This document shows positions 13,301 to 26,181 of a stretch of 64,000 nucleotides of DNA, one piece after another. The notes under the pieces were generated by a model. The model was not told where the DNA came from. It saw only the letters and a program-made list of their open reading frames with translations, and did not search any database. The DNA lies in NCBI RefSeq assembly GCF_004010195.1, contig NC_057718.1, forward strand, positions 94,862,702-94,926,701, given 5' to 3'. Each line of letters starts with the position of its first letter. Position 1 is the stretch's first letter. The position numbers were made by a program, and so were the translations under genes. This DNA is from Chiloscyllium plagiosum (lineage: Eukaryota).

Positions 13301-13755
13301 TGCAGATTTCAACCAGGCCCAGTGCACAGCCAGTCCAGAATGGACCTTGAGCGGGCCCAGCACCGAGAGATGTGTCTCCGATGTTGTTGGATCCAGCGCA
13401 GGTGGTGACAGGACTGTGGTGGAGGGGAATCGGCCCACCAGCAAAAGATGGCACCTGAGAATCAACAACTTTGACATTGGTTGGGTCCAGTGGAGTCGGC
13501 GGCAGAAGAGATGTGGCAGCAAAGGCTTTGTTGATAGTGATGAGCTGGCTCAAGTCTGATGGACTCTTTTTTTAAGCTTTATCTTTCTATTCTTTTTTCC
13601 CCTTATGCTTAAATTATTCAACCAAGACTCTGACTTGAACATCCTCATCTGCCTCTATATCTCTGGAGCATTCGGAACCACTGCCTAAATTCTGAAACAC
13701 AGCAGAGTATCACTCTCAGCATGGCTGCAAAACGTCATAGTGCAATATTTTTGAC

Positions 13756-13872
13756 AGGAGAAAGTGATGCTGGAGATCAGAGTCGAGAGTGTGGCGTAGG
13801 AAAAGCGCAGCAGGTCAGACATCATCCGAGGAGCAGGAGAATCAACATTTTGGGCAAAAGCCCTTCATCAGA
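13756..13872 (-). mobile_element. Short Penelope-derived terminus (family A), CpG-decayed hammerhead
   Basis: ggagaaagtga..gctggagatcagagtc...aatcaacattttgggcaaaagcccttcatcag. Confidence 0.7.
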
Positions 13873-14494
13873 TGGTTAGGGGGATCAATCAGATGGATGA
13901 TAGTCAATCAGGAGTGGATAGAGTTGTTCAGGATAGGGGCAACTGGTGGGGGAGATGACCACAGGTCAGAGAACATAAAGCCTTTGTAAGTTAGTAATGA
14001 TGTTGTCATTGTCTATATGAAACAGAACAAATTATTACATTCAGAACAATGCTACACCAATATTTTGTGTTAATTCAATATCAACAGGACATCAAGACAT
14101 CAGGACATCAATGCTGCCTGCAAATTATTCTGGACAATAAAATGACAACCGACACAATTGTTTCTCTTAACAATAGCAGCAGTCTGACCTCTAGTGGACA
14201 GTGCATGAAATTCTGTAAAAATAATCAAGAGTTGTAATGTCAAATATTAGAAGTTCTAGCGTAAACAAATTTCAAGAATTTTATTTTATGTAATTTCCAG
14301 ATTACGTTTACTAAATTTTACAATTTTTCTAAATAAATGTACATTAGTAATATTGTACAGCTTGAAAAGTTTTCTGAAGTCAATAAGACTGAAACCATCA
14401 TCTTTATGTGGCTTAACCATTGACTCCAATCTTTTCTGTGGCACCTGTCCAAAACCTTCCAAATTGTTGTATTTTTCTGTGTCTGATTATACCC

Positions 14495-14643
14495 ATGATT
14501 TGGAGGTGTCAGTGTTGGACTGGGGTGGACAAAGTTAAAATTCACACAACACCAGGTTATGGTCCAACAGGTTTATTTGGAAGCACTAGCTTTCCAAGCG
14601 CTGCTCCTTCATCAGGTGATTCCTCAACTGTGTGATTTTTAAC
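14495..14643 (-). mobile_element. Short Penelope-derived element (family C) with a hammerhead motif at 14584-14618 on the minus strand
   Basis: The reverse complement reads CAC CTGATGA A GGAGC AGC GCTTG GAAA GCTA GTG; short inverted end (tgtgtgatttttaact). Confidence 0.7.
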
Positions 14644-14659
14644 TATACTCAGGATGCAT

Positions 14660-15780
14660 AAGAGGCCAGTTCGCAACTCCTGGAACAGCTCTCCTCCAAA
14701 TCCTGTAGCTGAAACAGCAGCTGCTATCATGGTTGGAAAAGTTGTATTGTAATGGATTATATGAACATCATAATTCTCTTGATCCTCTGCGAAGCATGCT
14801 TTTGGTTTGGGTTCCAACACCTTCCTTGAACCTTTTTAAGGAGTTGTCCCAAAGGAGTTCCAGTAGTTGCCAACTGAGACAAAATTTCCACCAACTCATT
14901 TAGATTCTGGACCGACTTTGGAGTGGGAGACTAAGGCGTTCATTAACTGAGGATCCCCAATATACCTTCATGGTTAACAATGTATTTCAAGAACTGAATA
15001 GATTGGTTGGAGAAATGAGACTTGTTGCTAAGTGTGATTTAAGTCTGCACACACGCTCTGATCTTGAACTGGTTCTCATGTATCGACTTGGCATTCGATT
15101 CCATGAAGATTTTAAAAATGTTTCGACATAGCATATTGAAAAATCTCTGAGCGATGCAACCTGTTAGCAGCTTTGGAGCTATTAGCTCTCCTTCTCCAGG
15201 AAGCTGCTGTTGTAGGGCACCTCTCACCATGTCCAAACTATGATTCAGTGACACACTCTTCTTCATTGCCGACTGCATCCGGGGCTTCTTCTGGCAGGTT
15301 CTTTCTTGAACTCTTCCCTGCTGATTGTGCTGTATGAGCAGATGACTTCAAGCTGAGTCTGAATCTCCCACAGCTCACATGTATTGGATGAGCAGTCGAA
15401 CCAAATCCATATGGCAGCTCACCGCAACACATGACCATGTCAAGTCACTATTCTGTATGTGCTGAGGCTCAAGACAAAGGTTACTGTCTCTAAATGCAGG
15501 AAAATACATGGCTTGTTTGGTGTCGTGTGATTGAGGAAAACCACATCCTAGTCTAAGTAATAGAATCCCTGGTAGTTAACAAGATGCAGTATATTGCTGG
15601 TTAGCAGCTGATTACAGGTTACATTAACATGATAGACAAAGGTTACTGTCTCTAAATGCAGGAAAATACATGGCTTGTTTGGTGTCGTGTGATTGAGGAA
15701 AACTACATCCCTGGTTGTTAACAAGATGCAGTATATTGCTGGTTAGCAGCTGATTACAGGTTACATTAACATGATAGACA
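14660..15780 (-). mobile_element. Decayed Gypsy-like LTR retrotransposon fragment; LTR about 15438-15780 with an internal ~160-bp tandem duplication
   Basis: Minus-strand TG...CA block followed by a TGG-initiated candidate PBS; RT C-terminal remnant 'ITLSNKSHFSNQSIQFLKYIVNHEGILG'; near-identical repeat 15472-15633 / 15634-15780. Confidence 0.55.
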
Positions 15781-16174
15781 TTGTTACAATGAATTTGACA
15801 AGAATCCAGATGTTAGGTCTCACTCCTTTAATATCCAAAGCTGTTGTTCCTGAAGGCTATGTGACTTCATTATTGTGGTAGTGCTTATGGTACTCAGTAT
15901 TATCTCTTTCAAGCCCATATGCGACATCATCTGATTCAACCTGAATTTAAATCAATGACTCAGATGCGTTACATTCTAGACAATTCCACATTCTAATGAC
16001 CACTTAAGAGAACAAAAACTTCTCCTTACAAACGTCTTAAAGGGGAGACTTCTTATTCTTAAACTATGTTCTACGGGAGGAAACACCCATCCTATTAGTG
16101 CCCTTAAGATGTTACGTGTTTCAATGAGATTCCCTCTCATTCTTCTAAACTCTCACCTTGTTCTACCTTTCTTC

Positions 16175-16503
16175 TTTTTTATTCCTTCACTGGAAGAGGA
16201 CATCGCTGGCTAGGCCAGCATTTATTGCTCATCCAAGAGAGCAATTAAGATTAACCACATTGCTGTGGGTCTGGAGTCACAGTAATCATGGCAGTGTCCT
16301 TCCCTAAAGTACATTAGTGAATCAGGTGATTTTTTTTTCCCCCAACAATCAGCAATGCATTCCTGGTCATCATTAGACTCTTTAATTCCAAATATTTATT
16401 GAACTCTATTTCTACTCTGCCATGGCGTGATTCAAATCCGGCTCCCCCGAACATTTTCTGGATCCCTAGATTAACAGTCCAGCGAAAATACCACTAGGCC
16501 ATG
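16175..16503 (-). mobile_element. tRNA-derived SINE whose tail matches the LINE at 5530-8276 (further copies at about 24615-24940, and 40155-41270 interrupted)
   Basis: Minus-strand head tggcctagtggta...ggatttgaatc; tail ggatgagcaataaatgctggcctagccagcgatg. It is inserted in an old minus-strand CR1 remnant (about 15890-16705). Confidence 0.65.
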
Positions 16504-18611
16504 GCTTACACTTAATACCTTCCCTTTCTTAATATGATAGCTCCTTAGACGATCAGAAGTAAGTCAAGTGAACCTTCTCTGAACTGCTTCTAAAGCAATT
16601 ATCTAAAGTAGGATCAAAACTGTTCAGAGCACTCCAGATGTTGACTCACAAATGCCCTATATGAGCTGCAGTGAAACTTCCCCACATTTATATTCCATTC
16701 CCCTTGACACTTTTATGTAAATGTAATAATGGAATGGAATAATTAAAAATAAAAATTACATACAAACACAAGTGAAGCATCACAAAGTAGCGCTCAAATG
16801 GAAACCATGGCAATGATGTCTCAATTAAGACGTGAAAGTGCTTTGTGTCATCTGTTTCTTAAGGTAACAAGATAAGAGCGGACAAGAAAGCAGTGCAACA
16901 CCTATATTGTAACTCGCATCAAATCCCACTCTCCATCACCTCTGTGTTTGCTCCCGATCTGGCAAAGCTTCACTGTTATAATTTTACAGTTCCCTCAAGG
17001 CCTCTCCTCTCCCTTGCGTGATCTGTTCCAGTCCTACAACAAACCGCTTAACATCAATAAAATAATGGGGGGGTCCAATATGCTTTTTCAAAGGCTTTGT
17101 CAATTTATGCTGCCACATTGAAAACTTTGTACATGTGCATCCCCGGGTCTCCTTGCTTTTGGACACTCTTTAAAATAGGACCATTTAATTCTGATTGTGG
17201 AATTGTTACAGAAGACCATTCAATCCCTTGTCCGTATGCTTTTCATTGCTTTCCCTAAATTACACTAACTATAATTAAGGGTGCTTGTGTGTTATATATA
17301 GTTGACTTATTGAAAAATCATGATGTCAATTCAAATCAAACAAGTAATCATAATTTATTAAATAGTATAAAATAATAAAACTAAGTATAACACAATAATG
17401 AATATATCAGTGCATAAATAATTACAACAGGTTGCAAAATGCTAGTTTCTTTAACTTACAGAATAAGAGTGAAAGGTTCACTGTACTTTGGAATTTGTAT
17501 AACCTCCAATGGATCAGGTGTTGTCAGGCTTGGTTCAATAAATTCTCACATACCATTCATGAGAATTATAAAGTAGCAGATTGGGCTGTCTCATAGCCTA
17601 TGTTGCATTTGATAGTTAACAACTGAAAGGGTTAACTGGCACAAGAGAAGATCCACCCATCAGGGGATCAAGTACTGTTCCTGGGAAGAGTTAATCAATT
17701 TTCCATTGCGATTTCTATCTTACTCAAAGGTTATGTGTACCTAAAAACTGAAAGAACTATGAATGCTGTAAATCAGAAGCATCAGAAGCAAAAACAGCAG
17801 GTCTGGCAGCAACTGTGGAGAAAAATCATAGTAAACGTTTCATGTCCAGTGACCCTTCCTCTGAACAGGTGTGTGTTCATACTCTTACATCCAGCCTGAC
17901 GTTTCAAAAGAGACTCTCATGAGCTCAGATGCAATATCATTAGCTATTAACTAATAAATAACCATATATTTTTCAACAACAACTGAACCTCACTTCTGAC
18001 AAATATTTGGTGTGGACATTTCTTCTCATTTAGGAATCAATAACTTAAACTAATACCAATAAGAAGGATTGAGTCATAGAGTTTTTATAGCACAGGATCA
18101 GGGCCTTCAGCCCATCATGTTCATCAAACATCCCTCTATTCTAATCCCATTTTCCAGCACTGAAGCTACAGAAAGCAGCTCAGATGGTACCTGTGAGCAC
18201 AACCACAACATACACCAGTCTATTTGCCGATGGTTTCTTTTATGTAATTAGTAATATCTTACCATTCCCCAGGACATAACTGTTGTCCCCAAGAGGGCTG
18301 CAAATCTAGCAGGGATGGTTCTGGAGTCTACGTGAGATGGAGATTGATAACCAGGCAGACCATAAATATATTTTATTGTTTGTTTCAATTTATTCAGTTT
18401 TATCCGTTGAAAATATTGACAAAGATTGGATGGCAAGGGTGTGCAAGTCTGGGCTTTTTCAATCTGTTTGGGTATGTTATTACTCTGATCTGGTGAAGGT
18501 GGGAACTCAACCCAGGCCTCCTGGCTCAGAGACAAGCTCTTAACTTTCTTTCAAAACATGCTTCCGACAGGCCGAGCTTCCCCAGTAATTTGCTTTTACT
18601 TGAGGGATGAC

Positions 18612-19690
18612 ATTAAGTTTATAAAATCATGAGGGGCTTGGATAGGATAAATACCCATTTTTTTCCCCCGGAATGGGAGAATTCCAGAACTAGAGGACAT
18701 AGTTTTAGGGTGAGAGGGGAAAAATTTACAAGGAACATAAGGGGCAACTTTTTCATGCAGAGGGTGGTGCATGTATGGAATGAGCTGCCAGAAGAAATGG
18801 TGGAGGCCTGTACAATTACAACATTTAAGAGGCATCTGGATGGGTATATGAATAGGAAGGGTTTAGAGGAATATGAGCCAAATGTTGGTAAATGGGACTA
18901 GATTAATTTATGATGTCTGGTCATCGTGGGTGAGTTGGCCAAAGGATCTATTTCCATGCTGTACATCTCTATGACTCACTTTTCTAAAGGAGACAAAAGT
19001 CATAAGTCTAAAGTGCAGAGTGACTTGTGAGTTCCAGTCAGGAATCTCTCAATGTAAACTTGCAGGTTGAGTCAGTAGTTAAGAAGGCAAATGCAATGAT
19101 GGCATTTATTTTGAGAGGACTTGCATCTTAAAGTACTTCTTAGTCTGTATAAGGCTCTGAATAGACCACATTTGGAGTGCACAGTTTTGGGCCTCATATC
19201 TCAGAAAGGATGTACCTGGCCCTGGAGCATGTTCAATGGAGGTTCAGAGAATGGTCCCAGGAATGAAAAGCTTAGCATACGAGGAGCATTTGAGGACTCT
19301 GGGTTTATAGTCAATGGAGTTTAGAAGGAAGGGGAGGGAGATCTAATTGAAACATACAGACTACCGAATGTTGAGAAATGTTTCTATTGATCGGACAGAC
19401 TAGGATCTGAGACAATAGCCTGAGAGAAAAAAGGAAGACCTTTTGGGTTGGAGATAAGGAGAAACATGTTCAGCCAGGGAGTGCTTAATCTCTGGAATTC
19501 ATTGCCACAGAAAACTGTGGAAGCCAGGTCATTAAGTGTATTTAAGACTGAGACAGATAGGTTCTTGAGTGTCAAGGGTTCCAGGGTGGGGAGACAATGA
19601 GTAAATGGGGTTGAGAAACATATCAGCCATGACTGAATGGTGGAGCAGACTCGATGGGCTGAATGGCCTAACTTCTGGTCTTATGGTCTC
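18612..19690 (+). mobile_element. Two adjacent CR1-type LINE 3' fragments (about 18612-18975 and 18980-19690)
   Basis: 'SRTRGHSFRVRGEKFTRNIRGNFFMQRVV..WNELPEE' and 'LYKALNRPHLE', each with its own CR1 tail. Confidence 0.8.
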
Positions 19691-19809
19691 AGGGCTCTAC
19701 AAAAGCCCATCCACCTCTTTCCTTCATCAACCTGCAAATACAGGGCAAGGTGGGCCTTGAACTCGGGCCTCCTGGCTCAGAGATAGAGACGCTATCACTT
19801 TGCCACAAG

Positions 19810-20650
19810 AGACAGGGAAGTGGCAGCGCCCTGTCACGTGACACATGCTCCCGCGTGACGCCAAAATTAACAATTCACCTGCAAACATCGTTTCTGCCGT
19901 GGTGCGCATGCGCCGTCGGTGACACACGTGACCATGCGTGAGCTCTACGTGATGCCGTCAGTGCCAGGGACGGCGCGTAACCGCTTCGGCGCACGTCGCG
20001 GTGCCAAGCGAACGCCGGCGACCGGTATCGCTCCGCCCCTTGCCGGGCCCGAGGCGGGCGCCTGCGCACAGCTGGCGGGGAGCGCGAGGGGCGGCCGTTT
20101 GGCTGAGGGGGGCGGGGCGAGGTGGGAGTACGCGTGCGCCGGAGCGAGGGCCCAGGGGAGTCGCTTTGGAGATAATCTGCTGCCTCCCAATTGCCTTCCT
20201 CCCTCCATCTCCAGCCCACCGAGCCCAATATACCCCTCGGTGTCCGCTACCACCACCTTAGGCCCCCTGAGACATCCCCTCGGGCCCACACCTGGCCCCG
20301 ACCCCCCTCTCCCGGACCCACACCTGCCTCTCCGGGCACTGCAGCGACCCCCGACACCTCCACTCGGCCCATCATCGGCACACTTGCCCCCCCCCCCCCC
20401 CCCTTGTTTCCTCGGTCTGTCTACCGCCCAGACCTTTGGGAGAGAGAACCGGAGAGCAGGTCAGTCTGTCCGGGAAGCAGTCTGTTCATGTTCGAGCTGC
20501 TGATGAAGGCAATCGCGTTCGGTCGGGGCTCAGCCTTCCCCGAATCCCCTCGGGGCTGAGGCGGGGCGGTGCTGTGGCAAGTGGGGGGGCGGAGGTTTGG
20601 TGTGAAACCTGAGTACTCCGGGCAAGGCCCCACGGGGGTGTCTATGTGTA
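19810..20650 (+). promoter_or_regulatory. CpG island / probable promoter and non-coding first exon of the GZF1-like gene
   Basis: This is the only strongly CpG-rich, GC-rich stretch in an otherwise CpG-depleted window. It contains GTCACGTGAC (19833-19842), an NRF1-type TGCGCATGCGC (19903-19913), CACGTGAC (19925-19932), a GC box GGGGCGGGGC (about 20109-20118) and a candidate donor CAG|GTCAGT after 20459. It lies 14 kb upstream of an ATG-bearing exon that opens with a splice acceptor. Confidence 0.8.
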
Positions 20651-20931
20651 ACTGGCAGGTAATGGGAGAGGAGACAGCTGTGTGTAGCATCTCCAGGTAG
20701 ATCAACTTTGTTTACGGAGGGGTGTGAGTAACTCGGTTTGGAAGGATGAGGGCAGGAAAGAGAGAGGCACCAGATGCTAGGAGGATCCACAGCAGTGGAT
20801 ATTTTCTGTGGATTTTTTCTGTTAATCAGTGCATCGCTTTGGTCATCACGCTGCTCCCTCCATGCTGCCCCTGTGCCACTGCCCACCTGCTATCTCCCTG
20901 CCCCCTTGCCCATTCCACCATGACACAACTT

Positions 20932-23230
20932 GATTTTGATTTATTATTGTCACATGTACCTAAGGATAGTGAAAAGTTTTGTTTTGCGTGCACCAGAGGC
21001 AGTTCATAATGTACTAGGACATACAGAGAGAGGTATACAAAGTTACAGTTGCACAGAAGGTGTATTAAAGCAAGGCCAGCGTTTGATTTGAAAGGTCTAT
21101 TTAGCAGTCAGGGGGAAGAAACTGTTCTTGAACCTATCGGTATATGTTTAAGGTTTTATATCTTCTGCCTAACAGAAGAGATCATAACCAGGGTGGGAGG
21201 CATCTTTGATGTTGGCTGCCTTTCTGCAGCAACAAGAAGTGTAGATGGAGTCAATGGATGGGAGGTTGGCTTGCATGATAGTCTGGCCTGTGTTCACAAC
21301 TTTCTGTCGTTTCTTATGGCCTTGTGCAGAGCAGTTGTTGTAGAAGCTGTGATGCATCCAGATAGATTGCTTTCTATGGTGCATCTGTAAATGTTGGTGA
21401 GGGTACTTATGGATGTACTGAATTTCCTTAGCCTCCTGAGGAAGAAGTGTTGTTGTGCCTTGTTGACTGTCGCATCCATGTGGGTGGTCCAGGACAGCTT
21501 ATTGGTCATTGTCACTCCAAGGAACTTGACTCTCAACCCTCTCCGCTCCAGTTGCATTAATGTAGTTAGGAGCGTACCCTCTTCCCTGCTTCCTGAAGTC
21601 AATGATCAATTCTTTATTTTTGCTGACATTGAGGGAGAACTTGTTATCCTTGTTCCATGTCGCCAAGTATTCTGTCTCCTTCCTACGTTCTGCCTCGTCA
21701 TTGTTTGATATCCAGCCTAACACGGTGGTGTCGTCAACAAACTTGTAGGTGGAGTTTGGATAAAATTTGGCCACTCAGTCATGAGTGTACAGGGAATATA
21801 GTAGGGGGCTATGTGCGCATCTTTTTGGGGTGCCGGTGTTGAGGATTGCCATGGAGGAGTAGTTGTTGTCTATCTTCACTGATTGTGGTTTATGGGTCAG
21901 GAAGATGATCTAGGAAGTTGCACAGGGCAGAGTGAGGCCTAGGTCTCTGAGTTTGAAACTTAGTTTGGTTGGGACTATAGTTTTGAAGGCAGAGCTGTAG
22001 TCAATAGTTGAATCCTGCTGTAGGTATCTTTATCCAGATGTTGCAGGGATGAGTGTAGGACTAGGGAAATGGCATCTGTTGTGGACTTGTGTCTGTAGGC
22101 AAATTGCAAGCAATTGGGGTAGGCTGGGAGGCTAGAGTTGATGTCAGCCATCACTAACATTTTGAAGCAATTTATAATTATGGGGGTCAGAACCACTGGT
22201 GATAGTAGTTGAAGTACGTTGCATATTTAGGCACTTGGATGATAGTAATATGAAGGGTATGTAGCTTAGTTTGATCTTAGAGTAGAATAAAAGGTCAGCA
22301 CAATATCGAGGGCTGACAGGCCTGTACTGCACTGTGCTGTACTGTTCTGTTTTCTTTGGAACTGGGATGATGGTGGTAATCTTGAAACAGGTGTGGACTT
22401 CAGATTGTAGCAAGGAGAAGTTAACAATGTCAGCAAATACTTCCATCAGCTGGTCCACACAGGAGCTGAATGCATGCCTGGGGTCTCCATCTGGGCCAGT
22501 TGCTTTCCCTGGGTTCACTCTCAAGAAAGCTGATCTGACATCAGCAGTGGTGACTGAGGGAACAGGTGTGTCTAGGACTGTTGGGTCAGGTGACCCTGTT
22601 TCACTGGCATTCTGCTCAAACTGAGCATAAAAAGCATTAAGTGCATCAGGGAGGGATGTGTTTTCGTCAGCTATTCTGTTCTGCTACGTTTTGTATCCAA
22701 TTATGTAAGCCATGCCACAGGTGGCAGGTGTCCATGTGGTTAGTTTGGGTCTCTAACTTAGTCTGGTATTGCCTTTTGGCATCTCTGATGGCCATCTGGA
22801 GGTCATTAGTAGAATTTCTGTAAAGGTATGGGTGTTGACTTGAGCGCAGCATACCTGGTCTTCAATAAGGTATAGGTTTCCTCCTCCTTCCATGGTTTCC
22901 GATTGTGGAATATATGGATTAACTCCTTTAGCGTGTCGTCCTCTACACACTTGCTAAGGAAATCCATCACTGATCTGACTTTTCCCAGTCCATAGGCAAC
23001 CAAAGATTCAGCTGTGTACTATCAAAGTGCTGGGCTTTTATTAAATGAAATAGAGGCACTTCAGCCAGTGTGGGTGGAGGGGCTGAAACTTGCAGCTTGT
23101 CTGTCAACAGTATTATGTATCTCTGCTGGCAGTGTCTTTCACTTGTGGTCACTTATGCACTGGAAACTCCTCAGAGCAGTCTCCCACGAGCAGACCAGTG
23201 GAAATGCAGTGCAACAAACTTCTCTTAAGG
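20932..23230 (-). mobile_element. Rex1/Babar-type LINE, decayed, in intron 1 (small CR1 tail inserted at about 22215-22350)
   Basis: Minus-strand fragments 'VNPGKATGPDG..FKITTIIPVPKK', 'LQFAYRH.STTDAI', 'YKFVDDTTVLG.ISNNDE', 'KFLGVTMTNKLSWTTH..KAQQHFFLRRLRKF..YRCTIES'; tail ...gtacatgtgacaataataaatcaaaatc. Confidence 0.88.
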
Positions 23231-25405
23231 AACGTGGGGCAAACAGTTAAAATAAGGCATTAAAATGGAAAACATTAGGCCAACATGGGACTGCAGTTTG
23301 CATGGGATTGAGAATGGCGTTACACATTTCAACCAATATCACATTCCACCCACAAAGGTGAAGGGAAAATGTTTTGTGTGGCTGTTGGGAGAGTTTGAAG
23401 ATGTTGGGAAATTAGCACTTAGAATGGGAAAGAACAGATTGGTAATGCACAGGTCTAGTGTTATTTTGTTAAAACACTGATGATGACAGTGATTTTTTAA
23501 AAAAATGAATAATCCTGTTGGGTATTACTGGTAAGGTTTGTATTTACTATCCTCATTCCTTGTTGCCTTCTCTGTGTTTTCCTTAAAACTCCTTCAGACT
23601 TTCTATAATGTGCTTTGTCGTGGATTGATACAAAGTATAACTGTAGTTGTTAATAAAAGGACTGAAAATATTGACAGCACTTGTGGAGAGAGAAACAGTG
23701 TTAGTATTTCAGGTCTGTGATCCTTCATCAAAATTGAATTCACTTGTAAAATTTTACCTAAAAAAATTCAAAGTTCGCTGCTAATGAATGGTATGTGTTA
23801 AATTGGATAAATCAATTTGTGTGCAAAAGTACTGAAGGTAGAAAATATTTAATTAATTTGACTTTGTTATTCCGTGTGTTAAATAGAGTTCTGTCAAAAA
23901 GGTGTTGTATTTACTTCAGAACTTTTTAAAAGGTTTAATGATTGGTCCAGCAAAGCTTTTTTAATTAATGTTTCCTAAAAGAAATGATAGTGCAGAATAA
24001 AAGGGATGAGATTACTCGGAAAGTTGTGTTTAAGTGATACTAAGTTTTAGAATTACAAATGAAAACAAAGACTGCAAAACTGAAATAAAAGAAAAAAATG
24101 TTAGACAACCAGTTCAATTCGCACATTTATCGAGATAAAGGAATGGTTTATCTTGTTTCAGGTGCATGTATCATGGTGGTAAGTTTTCTCTTTACTGATG
24201 CTAACTGATTTTTTTCCAAGTTTTCAATATTTTCTCCATTTTTGTAATTTCTTTTTTAAAAGCCTCTAAATTGCAAAACGCAAAGAATGATCGCATATTT
24301 TCACAGTTTTGAATCCAAGGAAGAGTGCAGTGAAAATTGAGAAAAACTTTGATCACAACTGTTTAGGAAAGAGGAAAAGCATATAGAGTGACACATTTGC
24401 AACTTTAGCCAGTTTCCTCAGAAGATTTTGTCTTAATTATTCCAATAAATCAGGAATAAGCAAGCTTGTAAAGGATAGAAGATAAAGAAAGTTTGAGACT
24501 TGAAATGAAGAGGGACTCCTAATTTAGATGGAAGTTTTTCTCTTTTCTGCCCCATAGTGTATCCCCAGTGTGGGATTATAATTTTGGGAATAGAGTCTAA
24601 AAGTGAGTATTTTTAATATTCTTGCATGGGACATGAATTTCTTTAACAAGGCTAACATTAGTTGCTCACCCCTAATTTCCCATAACCTGAATGATATGCT
24701 CTTCCGCTTCAGAGGGTCGTTAAGAAACAATCATATTGCTGTGGATCAGAAAGTGGGAGTAGCAGATTTCCTTCCCTAAAAGACATTAGTGAACCATTAT
24801 AGTTTTTATGACAATCAGATTTGATAACGTGGTTTCCATTTAACCAACTTTTAATTTCGGAGGTTTGAGTTTAGATTTTACCATTTGCCTAGGTGGAATT
24901 CAAACCCATGTCCTCAGCACATTAGTCTCTGGCATACTGTCTCTGAAACCAAGGAAAATGGGAGTTCCATTTGAAGTGTAAGGCATAGGTCTTGATAAGA
25001 CAAGTAAAATTTAAATGTGTCGCTATAAAAGATAATAGTAATTGGGTGAAGTGGCGTGAGGTATTTTCTAAAAGAACCTGAAAATATGTTTTTGATAGCA
25101 TTAAAAGTCATGAACTAACTTATTTTAAGGGCAACATAGATAAATCTTTGAAGTTGGTGAAGACACTGAGCTGAGAGAGACTAGGAAGGGTAGTTTCGTA
25201 TTGTGCTGGAATTTTACTAGAACAGTGGACCCAATAACAATCTTCTTGAATATAAACCTCTATCTTCTGTGTAAGGATTTAACTATTCCACTACAAGAGG
25301 ATTGTGGATTATGTGCAGCTAGGATTTGTAATATGAAGTAAGTTGATGATCAGTAAAATTTCAGTTCAAATGCTCAGTGTAGATGGTCTCCTTTACTGAG
25401 AAGTG

Positions 25406-26181
25406 GGTAAAAAAACAATGACTGCAGATGCTGGAAATCAGACTCTGGATTAGAGTGGTGCTAGAAAAGCACAGCAGTTCAGGCGGCATCCGAGGAGCAG
25501 AGAAATCGACGTTTCGGGCAAAAGCCCTTCATCATGTTAGAAACAAAATCAATAAAATTTAGACGAGACCACCAAAACTGGAAACAAGACAATTTATTAC
25601 GAACTTGCAAGCACGGGCCTCAATTGCATAAGCAAATAAAGCAATTTAGAACTTAGGTTAGTGTCCAGTTATACCCTTTGAGCTGAGGTCATCTCTCCAG
25701 ACTCTTAATTACCCAATCTCTCTTACTATTTCACCTCTACCCATCTATGCTCCACGCCCATTGCCCCTTTCTTTTCAAGTTGGCAATTTCCCCCTTGCAC
25801 GTGCTGTCATAAGGCTAAACTCTTATCTCGATGTTCCCCTTTGTAACTTCTTTCATTATCCATAGGTACATTCCATTCTTGTACATGCATCTTAACAATG
25901 TATCTTTTTCGTGCTTCGCTTATATGTTTCAGTAATCTTAGCTTTTTGCTGAAACTGTTGTTTTAAACATTATGGTAAAAGGGATTATTTTCTTTAATAA
26001 ATTTATATTAAAGTTAGTACTTAATTATCCATAATTATGCACTGAAAAGTAGAGATATTCTTCCCGAAATACCTGCAGAGTTAATAGTTCTCTTGCTGTA
26101 CCCCTTTTCTGTATGCTTTTTCTATATCTGCAAAAACAACACTTTTATCCCATTTCTAACAATTAGGAAAGAGAAGTTCTG
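25406..26181 (-). mobile_element. Short Penelope-derived element (family A) with a 17-bp TSD, interrupted by a solo LTR
   Basis: Direct repeat tcctttactgagaagtg at 25389-25405 and 26182-26198; gacgtttcgggcaaaagcccttcatca|LTR|attaggaa. Confidence 0.8.
25535..26161 (-). mobile_element. Solo LTR (627 bp)
   Basis: Termini TGTTAGAAA...TTTCTAACA (9-bp inverted, TG..CA). 4-bp TSD atca/atta with one mismatch. A minus-strand TATA-like motif (about 25669-25674) and AATAAA (about 25592-25598) suggest minus orientation. Confidence 0.75.

Noticed and set aside
12642..13553. 303-aa Pro-rich ORF on the minus strand
   Set aside because: It is produced by the stop-poor minisatellite. The 22-bp unit is not a multiple of three, and there is no recognisable domain.
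19875..20886. Overlapping ORFs across the CpG island
   Set aside because: Expected from high GC content; the peptides are low-complexity Pro/Gly/Arg with no domain.
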